From: a virus
IMG/VR virus record: IMGVR_UViG_3300020201_000009
Span: 81,871 to 145,870 of that record
DNA length: 64,000 nt
Reading direction: 5' to 3' (one strand)
Of this stretch, positions 37,299 through 48,024 are shown in pieces. Every line of letters starts with the position of its first letter. Within the stretch, counting starts at the first letter, position 1. The translations under genes were made by a program, and so were the position numbers. A model generated the notes under the pieces. The model was given only the letters and a program-made list of their open reading frames with translations, ran no database searches and had not been told where the DNA came from.

Positions 37299-38228
37299 AT
37301 GGATTTGCAACCAACTTTAGATATTAAATCCGTACTGGAAACAGTCGGAACAAAATTAACTGATGAAAAAACTCTAACAGATGCTTTAATTAGTATCAAT
37401 GCTAATTTTACACCCCAAAGGGTAGATAACTATTATCTCTTTGGAGACCAAGCCTATAAGTCAGGAAAATGCGAAATAATTCGTAGTGATAACGGTAAAA
37501 GCCTCGGAACGATGGGGGAGAAATATAACATGGTTTCTAATCAAGAGGCTTTCTCGGTCTTAGCCGATATTGTCAAATATGGGCACGCTGTTTATGACCG
37601 GGGTGGAGAAGTGAAAGATAAATATTTCCTTAGTGTGAAACTTCCAATTTGTATAGCTCCGAAATGTAGGCCAAATGATTTGATTGAAATGCATTTTACG
37701 GGATTCAATTCATTCAATGGTGATATGGGGTTGTTATTTACCCTAAACGCCACTAGAAAATTTGGTAATACAATGTTTCACGCATTATTGAGTAATTTAT
37801 CAAAAGTTCGACACTCTGCTAAAGCCAAATCGAAACTAGATGAGAGTAAAGCCCATTTGGACTTTATTAGTAAAGAAACAAACGTTCTCCAAGCAAAACT
37901 GGATCTTCTCTGTGATATTCCTTGTAAAGAACAGGACGTAAGAGATATTTCCTCTTATATTTTGAAAGTCAAAGACGGCAACGAGGCCACGACAAGAGGA
38001 CTACGCAAAATTGATAAAATAGTAGAGTTGTTCTACGACAAATCAATTGGAAATTTAGGCGAGACTAGATATGATGCTTTTGTGGCTTTCAATGGTATGA
38101 TTGACCATTTTTCCACGAATAAGGAAACAACTGGAGGAACGAGGGACGAAAACAGATTTGAATCATCTTTAACGGGAGAAAATTCCAAACTCAAACTTGC
38201 CGCGCTAGAGGTTTTGCTACCAAATTAA
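37299..38228 (+). CDS. DUF932-like phage/plasmid protein
   Basis: LG.....Y..V.N.EAF, NSF.G, RHS, T.YDAF. Confidence 0.75.
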   Translation: MDLQPTLDIKSVLETVGTKLTDEKTLTDALISINANFTPQRVDNYYLFGDQAYKSGKCEIIRSDNGKSLGTMGEKYNMVSNQEAFSVLADIVKYGHAVYDRGGEVKDKYFLSVKLPICIAPKCRPNDLIEMHFTGFNSFNGDMGLLFTLNATRKFGNTMFHALLSNLSKVRHSAKAKSKLDESKAHLDFISKETNVLQAKLDLLCDIPCKEQDVRDISSYILKVKDGNEATTRGLRKIDKIVELFYDKSIGNLGETRYDAFVAFNGMIDHFSTNKETTGGTRDENRFESSLTGENSKLKLAALEVLLPN

Positions 38229-38342
38229 AAAAAACGCTTTCAAGAAAATTTTTCCCCCTCTATCTTTTTGACTAAAATCCTAAAAAAAATAGAGTAAGTT
38301 ATCGTAAAACTAGAACACACGTTTTACAGTCACATAATTACA

Positions 38343-38906
38343 ATGAATAACAATAAGCACAATCAATCTTTCGAAAGCGAACCTTTCAATCTGCAAGAAC
38401 TTCTCCAAGAAGTTTCATCGACTGATCTGCATAGTCAAATTACCGACCATGAATCTATCACGGAAAATAACCGTGGTATGTATATCTTAGCGAGGATTGA
38501 GACACTAAAACTACAAAAAGAATTAATCAACAGACAATTGGTAAATTCGGAGGTCGCTTTAAAAATCCATAAGGCGATGGAAGAAGATCGGCAACTGGTG
38601 AAACTAGAGAACATTGCCGAAAACATGGGTCTAACATTTGGGGAGTTTGTAGATGCGGCTATTCGGTATAGAGACACTCAAACGTCTAACCCGAAGAAAG
38701 AGGAATACAGATCGAATAGAGGCCGTTTTAAAACTCAATATCCAGAAGAGATTAAAAACGCGGCTATGCAGTCGATGTTAAAGGGGATTCCTCTTTTACA
38801 AATCGAAAAAGATCTGAACGTGTGTTATAACACGTTGAGTCAATGGAAAGGAAAGATTGGTTTGTCACGAAGAAGGGAAGGAAGTCAACAACTTCAAATC
38901 GCATAA
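38343..38906 (+). CDS. coiled-coil + C-terminal HTH DNA-binding protein
   Basis: YPEEIK..A....G.....I...LNV...TL..WK..IGL. Confidence 0.75.
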   Translation: MNNNKHNQSFESEPFNLQELLQEVSSTDLHSQITDHESITENNRGMYILARIETLKLQKELINRQLVNSEVALKIHKAMEEDRQLVKLENIAENMGLTFGEFVDAAIRYRDTQTSNPKKEEYRSNRGRFKTQYPEEIKNAAMQSMLKGIPLLQIEKDLNVCYNTLSQWKGKIGLSRRREGSQQLQIA

Positions 38907-39048
38907 TTAGGAATAAACAAAAAACTAATTGTTAATGGATTATCTAATGGCGGGAATATATATATTTTGTTTCGTGGTTGTAGGATATAGAGTATTTAGG
39001 TCTATTCATCCATTTTAACCACCCATTAAAAAAAACTCCTGTTAGTTG

Positions 39049-39092
39049 AAAAACCCGAACGGCAAATTAATTGCTTTTCGGGTTTTCTTTTT
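39049..39092 (+). terminator. hairpin + T tract
   Basis: AAAACCCGAA...TTCGGGTTTT followed by CTTTTT. Confidence 0.5.
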
Positions 39093-39853
39093 TGGATTTT
39101 ACGCTTTTTTTACAATTCCATTCTTGTTTTCCCGGTTCCTATGGTCTTATGAATGAGGAAAGGGAAAAAATGAAAAACGCTAAACAACTGCAATTTACTC
39201 GGTGTCCGTTGAGTGAGGCACATCTAGAGGAGGCTTTTCGAGCAAAAAGCCGAAGGGTGATTGAAGCGATGGAGTCTCTACAAATCGAAGTTCATAATTT
39301 ACCAGAGCTTGCAAATTATATTGTAAATAAAAATCAATATTCAGTGTTTTGGACCATTCAGCGTATAAGAGGAATTGGTAATAGTTGGATATTAAATTTC
39401 GTTAAAGCTTTTGCACTTCAGGTAAGCTATAATAGATATGTAATCAGATACAAAATCACAAAATCAAAATTGATAGATCTTAAAACTAACATTATGAAAA
39501 CAGAAGAAATTAAACAGCTTATCTCGGCGCATTTTAAGATGCCAGCAAATATTAAATTCTACTGGAATGCGGCTAATAATGATTTATATAATGGACCCCG
39601 AGGAGTGCGAGACGATGATTCTTTTCCATGGAGGGGTTTTGTACATGCCACAAAGATTGTTAAAGATTGGTGTGATGAAACTTTAAACGATATTTGGTTG
39701 GGCACCGATTCTGGTGATATTGTAAATAGAGAACCGGAGCCGGAAATGGTAGAGGGAGAAGTTGTAGAGCCCTATTGGCCTTCAATTAGCCATTACGATA
39801 CAATTAAAATTAAGAAATTGATTTTCGGAAGCGAACTTTACCCTTACGTATAA
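39071..39853 (+). CDS. hypothetical protein (true start likely downstream)
   Basis: Long ORF; 5' part overlaps the terminator/promoter region. Confidence 0.55.
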   Translation: MLFGFSFLDFTLFLQFHSCFPGSYGLMNEEREKMKNAKQLQFTRCPLSEAHLEEAFRAKSRRVIEAMESLQIEVHNLPELANYIVNKNQYSVFWTIQRIRGIGNSWILNFVKAFALQVSYNRYVIRYKITKSKLIDLKTNIMKTEEIKQLISAHFKMPANIKFYWNAANNDLYNGPRGVRDDDSFPWRGFVHATKIVKDWCDETLNDIWLGTDSGDIVNREPEPEMVEGEVVEPYWPSISHYDTIKIKKLIFGSELYPYV

Positions 39854-39893
39854 TTGATTTAGGAAAATAAAAACATAAATAATAAATATAAAA

Positions 39894-40160
39894 ATGAGTC
39901 CCGAACAAATGGAAATACAGGAAACGGTCTTTACAATCGGCATTCTCGACGAAATGGAAAGGCTCGGAAATAACATAGATCTTTGTACAGCATTCTTAAA
40001 CGGAATCGCTTTTGCTACCGAAAATGGGAAAGGTGGCCCGGAAGTTTTAGATGCGATTCACAAGGCTCAAAATTGTATTGGAACAACTCTTTCGCTTATT
40101 AAAATCCCGGCAAAGATAATCCAAAATCCAGAAAAAATCGTAATAACGGATCCAAACTAA
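39894..40160 (+). CDS. hypothetical protein
   Basis: ORF. Confidence 0.6.
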   Translation: MSPEQMEIQETVFTIGILDEMERLGNNIDLCTAFLNGIAFATENGKGGPEVLDAIHKAQNCIGTTLSLIKIPAKIIQNPEKIVITDPN

Positions 40161-40212
40161 TAATTGTATAAATAATAGTAAAAAAACAACGACAATAACG
40201 GCAAAAAATCAT

Positions 40213-40902
40213 ATGAATACTATCACTGATAAAGAAATTACCACAGCAAAACCATTGACGGATCGCGAAAATGATATTATTAAAACAATGACTGAGGTTG
40301 CTGAGCAGCTCGACGGTAAATGGAAATTTATCTGGGAAAAAAGTGAAGATCACACACACGGCGATTTGGTATTGAACGACGAAACTGTAGAAGACCGTCT
40401 TCGTTTGAAAATCACAGTTCGTTTTAATAAGATTTATAACGAAAGGGAAGATCAGGTTTCACTTTCTTATTGTCTTCCTAAATATAAACATAATAATTCC
40501 GGCCAGATTACGTTCGATAAACGCCCCAGTATTTCCCTGTGTTATACAAAGGGTATTGGAAAAGTGAAAAATGATATTCAGAATCGTTTGTTGGCCGATT
40601 GTATCGAAATACATGCTAAAAATGTGGAAACAATAAATCGGACAGATAAGATGATTGACGGAAAGATTGAATTGGTGAATCGTCTTGCCAAATATTACAA
40701 TCTGGAAAATCATTTGCTAGTTTATATGCTAGAGAGAATTACGAGCGGTTCTTCATTCTATTTTGAAGATTCTAAAGTAGATGTTGAAATCCGATATGAC
40801 GGCAAAATATGTGCTAAATTCGACTGTGACGAAGAATTGTTGAAACTTCTCACTGATACCTCAGCCAATTATCATGCTAATAAAAAATCAACTGGAGAAT
40901 AA
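40213..40902 (+). CDS. hypothetical protein
   Basis: 229-aa ORF. Confidence 0.7.
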   Translation: MNTITDKEITTAKPLTDRENDIIKTMTEVAEQLDGKWKFIWEKSEDHTHGDLVLNDETVEDRLRLKITVRFNKIYNEREDQVSLSYCLPKYKHNNSGQITFDKRPSISLCYTKGIGKVKNDIQNRLLADCIEIHAKNVETINRTDKMIDGKIELVNRLAKYYNLENHLLVYMLERITSGSSFYFEDSKVDVEIRYDGKICAKFDCDEELLKLLTDTSANYHANKKSTGE

Positions 40903-41413
40903 TTTAATGACTAATCGACAAGTTCTCCAATTTTTTATTAGCAATGATCCAGAATTTATTAAAGCCGTCAAAAAACTTGTTAAAGAACGAGATAAGTTAA
41001 GATCCGTTCGCCCTCTAGAAAGAAAGATTATGGTTATTACTGAATTTTACAATCGAGAATTTGTATATCCAATTCCAATTGTAAAAAAAGACAAAGAACC
41101 GGAAAAAAAAACTTGCCCTTCGGATCTTGCCCTGATTAGCTAGGGGGGACGCGAGAAATTCCGCTTTTAGCAAACCAATTGCGAGGGCGAAAGCCGAGTT
41201 ATTACATTTTTTTGCATTATCTAATAATCAACAAATAATAATAATAATAATAATAATATGTTTAAATATATTACTCTAAAACAAATATGTGTAGCTTGTC
41301 TAGTTGGAACTAGTCTTGCTATTACAGTTATGCTTATTATTAATTGGTTTATTAAAAATAATCCCATTTATTCGTAAAATCAAATAGTATTAATTAAATA
41401 ATCAGTTAAATTT

Positions 41414-41836
41414 ATGTCTATAAATAATATTAAACACTATCCAAGCGTGCCAGAACGTGAGGAACGAGAGTTCGCAACACAAAGCGATATTACTAATATC
41501 CTCTTTTCATTAGACTACACGGAACAAGAGATTTCAACTCGGGATTTTGAATTATTGGATACCCTTATTGATAAGGTGCAAATTTTGAGTATGAATAATA
41601 TGCATCCAACAGAAATGACAATTCGTGGGTTATGCCGCGCAGATAGGTTTCGAGAATACTACGGAGAAGATATTAATTTTCTCATGTTGGATATTGCTAA
41701 TTCAATTAATCTACGGTTGAGTAACACCATTACCACCCATATTTTCAGCCGTTTAATGATGGGTTGCAAATTTGGTTTGATGGAGATTCACCGCCAACAG
41801 GAAGAATTTAACACGGCGAACCATGCCAACGAATAA
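41414..41836 (+). CDS. hypothetical protein
   Basis: ORF. Confidence 0.65.
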   Translation: MSINNIKHYPSVPEREEREFATQSDITNILFSLDYTEQEISTRDFELLDTLIDKVQILSMNNMHPTEMTIRGLCRADRFREYYGEDINFLMLDIANSINLRLSNTITTHIFSRLMMGCKFGLMEIHRQQEEFNTANHANE

Positions 41837-42389
41837 ATATCCGGGTGGTACGATTGTTATGTACCAAGGTAAAAAATGGAAAGTAACTCGTGCTAGTAGA
41901 TCTTCGGGTCTCTTGTTCATTGTTTGCCAAGAGAACGATTATTCGATTGCCAATGTTCGGATTGGAGACAAATTACTAGTAATGCCTTACGAATTAGATA
42001 AAACCACAAAAGATGAAAAATCAGAAATCAAAACAACAGTTTAAGACTTTGCTTGAAGCTGGATATACATATTTCTTTGGTCTTGGAAATAGAACCCATA
42101 TTCTTCTTTCTCCAAAGACCCACAAATCTCAAGTATGGAAGGCTGGAAAACAAGTAAGCGGCCAATGTTTGAGATACAAAAATTGTGTAATTCACTACGT
42201 TGGAGAGTATAACCCAATTGTTTCCGGTAAAAAACTAAAAAATAAGAACGTGGAAAATGTAATTAGGGCCACGGTTTCTATTTAACATCTTCAATTTCTT
42301 CTATAGTTCAACGTATTACCCCTTACGGAAAGTCTTTTTCAATTTAGACTGTGGACTATAGAAGATTCTTTATTTTATTAAATCTTAAT

Positions 42390-42605
42390 ATGAAAAAAAT
42401 TACATCGTCAGAGTACATGGAATATAGTGAGAATAATATGGGCTATTGCAATGTGTGTAGAGAATGGACACACGATTGCGCTGAGCCGGATGCTAGAAAT
42501 TATCTTTGCGGAGAATGCAAAACCGACAGTGTGTTTGGTGGAGAGGAAGCCGTAATGATGGGTTTAATTATTGTTGTTGAAAATGAGGAATCTTTAGATG
42601 AATAA
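42390..42605 (+). CDS. small zinc-ribbon protein
   Basis: C..C...EPDA..Y.C..C. Confidence 0.7.
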   Translation: MKKITSSEYMEYSENNMGYCNVCREWTHDCAEPDARNYLCGECKTDSVFGGEEAVMMGLIIVVENEESLDE

Positions 42606-42939
42606 AATAACCACTCTAAACAGTTTAAGCGGGGATTTAATCATTATAAACCAATTAAATGATTTAGTCATACCACTAATTCACCTCAATGGAAGCGGAG
42701 GGGAAAATCTCACTAATGAACTTTCGGAAGTTTATAATGCCCTCCACGAGGCTCTCCGTTTAATGGAAAATTTAACTGTACATCCACGAGACTTTTATCC
42801 ATTATATGATAGTGCTAATTTAATACAAAAGGCGCAAGGTCAGAAAAACCGACGCATTTTGGTGTTGAAACATTTAATTGCCGAAATTGGTGTTCTACAG
42901 TTTAGTATAAAACAGAGGAGTATCGTACCACTCACTTGA
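42598..42939 (+). CDS. hypothetical protein (IHLNG motif)
   Basis: ORF. Confidence 0.6.
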   Translation: MNKITTLNSLSGDLIIINQLNDLVIPLIHLNGSGGENLTNELSEVYNALHEALRLMENLTVHPRDFYPLYDSANLIQKAQGQKNRRILVLKHLIAEIGVLQFSIKQRSIVPLT

Positions 42940-43323
42940 AGATTTATCCGATCTCCCTTGTCAGAAAGACAATTAGCCGAAGTTGCAAAAAAAGGGTTAG
43001 CGGAAAAATATACCAACTTCAATAAACATCAAATAATTAATAAATATAAATGCGACTCAATGCCTCCGAATTAGTTGCCAGATTTATTATTTTTGCCAAG
43101 GATAAACCTCAATTGGTGAAACCTTCTGACCGAACGACAATTCCCGTTGCCGCACAAAAATGGGAAAAAGAAACAAGGTGCGATCCATCTCAATTGGATT
43201 TATACTTTAAAAGATTGCCTTCTGGTAAGTTTGAGCATGAATTTATAACTCGATTTTACCATGATTTAATTGATAGCTTGTCTTAAAAAAAATAAAAAAA
43301 GTTTCAAATATAAAGGTAATAAT

Positions 43324-44151
43324 ATGCAAAGCCCAAATTTAGTAGCAGTCTCTGAAAAAATTAAAGAGGCCGTTTCCTGTATTGATAAAAAAGGGGCGGA
43401 AATTCTTATTAAAGATAGTCCACTTCTTTGTTATAAAATGGCGAAGATTTATGATGAGAAACCCATTTCCGCGTTTCATTACCCGTTTACTAAATTTAGA
43501 TTTTCTATCTCTTCCGGAGATATGACTGTCAACGGATTCTTCAAAGGATTAACGGGAGAAAATGGCGTTTTAATATTTTCACTCAACAGTAGGGAATTTG
43601 AAAAGGGCGATGTTGTAAACGATTTAATTATAGCTTTAGAATGTAGAGACCCGATAGGATCGGTGGTTTACTTTGTCAAAGTGAATGGTAAACATATTTC
43701 CGTTACCGATTACATTGGTAAAAGTGTCGCTAAAAAACTACTTTGGCACGCATGGAAGTCTTTTGAAGTTTGTGTCATGGACTACATGGCACCCTCCAAT
43801 CATATTGTATCTATTAGGCCGGAGAAACAAGGTAAATCGGTTGAATGGACGAAGAGTAGGGAACATTATACAATCATACATCGTTCCCATTCCGCAAATA
43901 ATAAAAAAATCCCTATGGGATCGACTGTTGAACAAAACAGTGGGAGAACGATTACTAGAATTGCCCACTCTCGCCGAGCACATCTTCGCATTTTGCGTAG
44001 TCCGAAGTTTAAACGTGATGCAAATGGTGATTTTAAGAAATTGACTATCCAAGAATCTTGGGTAGGTCCGAAAGAATGGAGGGACGGCAGCGGGCAAATC
44101 TATAAAATTGTAGATAAAGATCTTAGCTGCCCGATTTCCAAAGTGAAATAG
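43324..44151 (+). CDS. hypothetical protein (H.RR.H.R...W.G motif)
   Basis: AHSRRAHLR, ESWVG. Confidence 0.7.
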   Translation: MQSPNLVAVSEKIKEAVSCIDKKGAEILIKDSPLLCYKMAKIYDEKPISAFHYPFTKFRFSISSGDMTVNGFFKGLTGENGVLIFSLNSREFEKGDVVNDLIIALECRDPIGSVVYFVKVNGKHISVTDYIGKSVAKKLLWHAWKSFEVCVMDYMAPSNHIVSIRPEKQGKSVEWTKSREHYTIIHRSHSANNKKIPMGSTVEQNSGRTITRIAHSRRAHLRILRSPKFKRDANGDFKKLTIQESWVGPKEWRDGSGQIYKIVDKDLSCPISKVK

Positions 44152-44196
44152 GATTTTTATTAAAATAAATCGAGAAACCAAATAATAACAAATAAT

Positions 44197-44697
44197 ATGC
44201 ACGATATACAAAATAATAAAAAATGTAAAGTAAGCGTTTTAGTTTACCAAAGACCAAATTTGAGGGACGCTGGCCTTGAATATGAACGGTTTATGGGAAG
44301 GGATGTTCTAGATAATCTTTTTAATAACGCTATTCCAAAAGAATTGACTGATGTAAAAAAACTATTTCTTAGTTTCCCCGAACAATGGTTGAATATTGTT
44401 GAGCAACGCTCACTATTTGCAAGGCTTGCCAAATATTGCCCGAATCTTGAAGACTTGAGTATAAAAACTCATTCGGTTTATATTATTCAGTGTACGGCAA
44501 GGGATAATATGAGGATTGTTGTGCCGATTGGTCGATTTGAAAAAATACTACCTCAAGAGTCGGTAGAGGGACTTTTGTCGTTTGAACAAGTTGGTAGTAT
44601 CTTTGGCACAGGATTAAATATTGCGGGAGGAACTATAGATTATACAAATACGAGTAAGGATAATTCTCAATTCTTTTCTGACGAATCGAATAAGTAA
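44197..44697 (+). CDS. degenerate ABC-ATPase C-terminal-half-like protein
   Basis: PE..L....Q and THS..II motifs; no Walker A. Confidence 0.5.
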   Translation: MHDIQNNKKCKVSVLVYQRPNLRDAGLEYERFMGRDVLDNLFNNAIPKELTDVKKLFLSFPEQWLNIVEQRSLFARLAKYCPNLEDLSIKTHSVYIIQCTARDNMRIVVPIGRFEKILPQESVEGLLSFEQVGSIFGTGLNIAGGTIDYTNTSKDNSQFFSDESNK

Positions 44698-44790
44698 TAA
44701 ATATATATATATATCAAGTTTTTACTAAAATTAAAAATACAAAAAAAATAAATATATGAAAGTTTCTCAATTCTTCTCTGACGAATCGAA
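44664..44790 (+). repeat. 27-bp direct repeat, 100 bp apart
   Basis: TTCTCAATTCTT(T/C)TCTGACGAATCGAA at 44664 and 44764. Confidence 0.9.
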
Positions 44791-45049
44791 ATGGACAAAA
44801 AAAATTGCATTTAGAGATGTTAACGGGGGTTCAATGTCGCATGATTGCTATCTTTTGGGCGAACCATCTAGGAGAGATATAAAGTCTTGTTGTATTATTG
44901 GTTCTGTTTTCTATTGCTATCCCGAAAATATAGATGAGAGAGCCCGCATTTTTGCCAAATTAAATTATCTCATTGGTGATATTGGTAAATGGAATGATAG
45001 TATAACTTTCAAACAATTAATGGAAATAGTTGAACTACTCGATATTTAG
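44756..45049 (+). CDS. DUF6197-like paralog
   Basis: SDESKWT, CCIIG, WND, LDI*. Confidence 0.7.
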   Translation: MKVSQFFSDESKWTKKIAFRDVNGGSMSHDCYLLGEPSRRDIKSCCIIGSVFYCYPENIDERARIFAKLNYLIGDIGKWNDSITFKQLMEIVELLDI

Positions 45050-45096
45050 TAGAAAATCCTGAAATAATAAACATTGACAAATAAATAAAGTTTTAT

Positions 45097-45294
45097 ATGT
45101 ATACAGACAAATCCCGCAATTGCCTATGTGGATCAGATTTAATTCCCAATTGGGAGTATGATGGTAATGGTATTCCACTCTGTAAAGTTTGTGATGAATG
45201 TAGAGACGAACAAATGAGTAAATACCGGGTGGAAATCGTATCCGCTCCCTATGACCAATCTCAGGTAGACGAACAAATTGACGAGGACTTGTAA
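45097..45294 (+). CDS. small zinc-finger protein
   Basis: CLCGS...C.VC..C. Confidence 0.65.
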   Translation: MYTDKSRNCLCGSDLIPNWEYDGNGIPLCKVCDECRDEQMSKYRVEIVSAPYDQSQVDEQIDEDL

Positions 45295-45334
45295 AAATTA
45301 TTAATATTATCAAAAGATAGAATAAAATACTAAA

Positions 45335-45748
45335 ATGAATATTATAAATACAACTACAATTAAACAAGTTAACGAAAACGAGCAAATTTCCTCCGCTATG
45401 TTTCTTTACATGGAGGCTCGCCAAGCTTTGGATAGGCTTATATGCCAACCGCATGTCTCACCCGATGAATATCAAAATGCATTTAATAAAGTTGCTATTT
45501 CTAGATCCTCATATGCTACTAAATATCTTCTACATAAAAAACCATTGGCTTGGGGCATAGTGTCAACGATCCACATTTCTACCAAATACAAGGCTAAAGT
45601 GGTAGTAGAAATACCATATAGCACATCCAGTATTTCAGTAGTTATTTTAGATATAAATGGGGCCGATTCGCCTGAGGAGGCTATTGATAATTTAGTGAAG
45701 AAGGCAAATATACCATATCCTTTAAATTGTCTAAATAGGAGTATTTAG
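45335..45748 (+). CDS. hypothetical protein
   Basis: ORF. Confidence 0.6.
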   Translation: MNIINTTTIKQVNENEQISSAMFLYMEARQALDRLICQPHVSPDEYQNAFNKVAISRSSYATKYLLHKKPLAWGIVSTIHISTKYKAKVVVEIPYSTSSISVVILDINGADSPEEAIDNLVKKANIPYPLNCLNRSI

Positions 45749-46272
45749 GTTTACGGAAAATTTGGATACATTGGTAAAAAACGCGAAAAAATAAAGGTCA
45801 AAGGGCAAAAAAAAATCTTGAATGAGGCATCCCGGCATGCTCTTATAGAAGCGTGAAAAATGAGCGCACCGGAAAACAACCGGAGAAAGATCCATGCCGG
45901 ACTCCTTCGTTTCGGCCCGAAAACGGTTTTTCGCATTTCATTTGCCTTAACCGGCATTGTAAGATCTTAGTTGGTTATATAAACAATAAAATAGTAAGGT
46001 AATATATGTTATTCAACACTGATCCGAAATTATATGGTTCACCAATTATTATAAACCGCTATGGAATGGTTTATTTTCAAGATGGTCTGAATGATTGCGT
46101 AGGAAGGTTTGCAAATTGTGACATTGCGTTGGGGAGTTTTGCGAACTCCGGATGGAATGTCACCAAAACCGAAGCTGGCTTGGTTTATATGGAAAAAAAC
46201 CGCCCAAGACTTTAACTACTAAATTTGCCAGTTTAAAATCGCTAGTAAAAAATAAAACAGGATACATAAAAT

Positions 46273-47457
46273 ATGTCACACCAAATGTTAAATGTGGATG
46301 CACAGATGAGTAAAATGATGGAATGGCACCGTCTAACGACGGTTCTTCCCGTTCTTACAAGAGAGAATTGTATAACCTATGACATGGACGTTCTACCAAT
46401 GTATTCCCTATCGAAGGATATGGATACAATTTACGATGAGCCGGATGTAGTACGCATCCGTGCTAGTGATAACGGCATGGCGATTGGTAAGCCATTCAAC
46501 CCTAAAACATATTCATTCTTTTCACATAGTCAAGTATTTGACTTTGTTACAGGAATATTCGACAAGGTTGGATTGACAGCTAACATCGCTTCATCAGGGA
46601 CTTTCAAGAATCGTTCTCGGTATTACGTCTCCGCAGAGATGCCTGAGATGAAGGATTTGATGAATAATAAACATCCTGAGCAGTTGTTTCTAACTGCGAT
46701 TGACGGATGTGTTAAAGACGCGGAATTGAACGTCGGGCTTTCTATTGTTAAGCCTGTATGCGCGAATACCGTTAACATGGTGATTCAGGAAGTGTTATTG
46801 GCGGGTATAAAGGCTGGGCACACGGATATGAGCGATGTTAAACGCGCTCAACAATTCTGCCGAATTCGTCATAGTAAGAAATTCTTTGACAATCTTGAAC
46901 ATGCGAAGGATTTGATTGAAATGGTGTTTATGTCTTATAATGTCTATGGTGAACAAATAAAAGCTCTCGGTAAGATTCCGGTTCGTAAAGAAGAGGTCGA
47001 AGCAATTGTGACAGCGTTTCTTTTTCCATTGGCAACTAGCATTTCCATGTTGGAAGATTGCGAATTGATTAGTAAGAAATCTCTAAATCTTATTGGTGAT
47101 ATTACCAATTTGTTTGTCAATGGTGCGGGCAACGATGGCCTCACCACTTTGGATATGTATAATGGATTTACTGAAAAGTTCTCCAAGCGTCCAGAGTTGC
47201 TAGATACCGATGTAAATCGTGTTCAGCGTTTTGTATCGTCTTCACAGGACGGCGCATATAACCGTAAGAAGGCTGACTTCTTCAATTTGTTGAACGACCA
47301 AGAAAGTTTGGAAAAGGCTTGTGAAGATGGATTTACCATTCTCAAGGCTCAACCATTCCTTCAAGAATTGAAGACGAAGAATCGCAATTCTGGTAATGAT
47401 GAGGGTCGCGATTTTGAAAAAGAAGTCGAAAACGCGGAATTGCAAGACGTTCAGTAA
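46273..47457 (+). CDS. DUF932-like phage/plasmid protein
   Basis: WH.L, S.GT, DG, VCANT, IRHS, T..D.YN.FTE. Confidence 0.75.
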   Translation: MSHQMLNVDAQMSKMMEWHRLTTVLPVLTRENCITYDMDVLPMYSLSKDMDTIYDEPDVVRIRASDNGMAIGKPFNPKTYSFFSHSQVFDFVTGIFDKVGLTANIASSGTFKNRSRYYVSAEMPEMKDLMNNKHPEQLFLTAIDGCVKDAELNVGLSIVKPVCANTVNMVIQEVLLAGIKAGHTDMSDVKRAQQFCRIRHSKKFFDNLEHAKDLIEMVFMSYNVYGEQIKALGKIPVRKEEVEAIVTAFLFPLATSISMLEDCELISKKSLNLIGDITNLFVNGAGNDGLTTLDMYNGFTEKFSKRPELLDTDVNRVQRFVSSSQDGAYNRKKADFFNLLNDQESLEKACEDGFTILKAQPFLQELKTKNRNSGNDEGRDFEKEVENAELQDVQ

Positions 47458-47465
47458 AACATTTA

Positions 47466-47539
47466 AACCCTAGAATTAACACCTCTAGGGTTGCCATAGA
47501 AACTTTATTAAATCTTAAATAGAGTTTCTAGTCAACCCT
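47466..47539 (+). terminator. overlapping tandem hairpins
   Basis: AACCCTAGA/TCTAGGGTT and TAGAAACTTT/AGAGTTTCTA. Confidence 0.45.
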
Positions 47540-47595
47540 CGATTAAACTAAATAGTAAGCAATAAAAATTAAATTCAGCTTTCCAACTCTTCAAA

Positions 47596-48015
47596 ATGAT
47601 TATCATCGGTCTCGATTCTCCAATAAACGTTAAATTCCAAAACAATGCCATTTCGATACGTGGCCTATGTTTTACTACGAGTCCTGTTGGACTAGATTAT
47701 ATCTGCCCGGGCAAAACGCATTCATCGAAAGACTTTACTCTTACCATCGACGATATACGCCAAATGATGAATCGCGTTTATCCAAAGAGCGGAGATAATG
47801 GGTCTCCTCAAGAAAGGATGTCTTTGATGGCATACTTATATGATGAAATTTTGCCTCTATCAATAGCTCATGCCTACCCTTTGTTTAATAAAAAAATTAT
47901 TCAAGAAATTATGAGTGAGTCATATGAGAAAGGCCATTCTAGCGGTGGATTCTCTTCCTTTGAATATGCCGTCGAATATAGCGACTTTGCCAATCGTATC
48001 CTTTTAGCTAAGTAG
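47596..48015 (+). CDS. hypothetical protein
   Basis: ORF; YE.GHS.G motif. Confidence 0.6.
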   Translation: MIIIGLDSPINVKFQNNAISIRGLCFTTSPVGLDYICPGKTHSSKDFTLTIDDIRQMMNRVYPKSGDNGSPQERMSLMAYLYDEILPLSIAHAYPLFNKKIIQEIMSESYEKGHSSGGFSSFEYAVEYSDFANRILLAK

Positions 48016-48024
48016 ACCAATATC

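Noticed and set aside
38343-38906. IS3-family transposase OrfA
   Set aside because: The HTH is C-terminal, and there is no OrfB/DDE gene or terminal inverted repeats.
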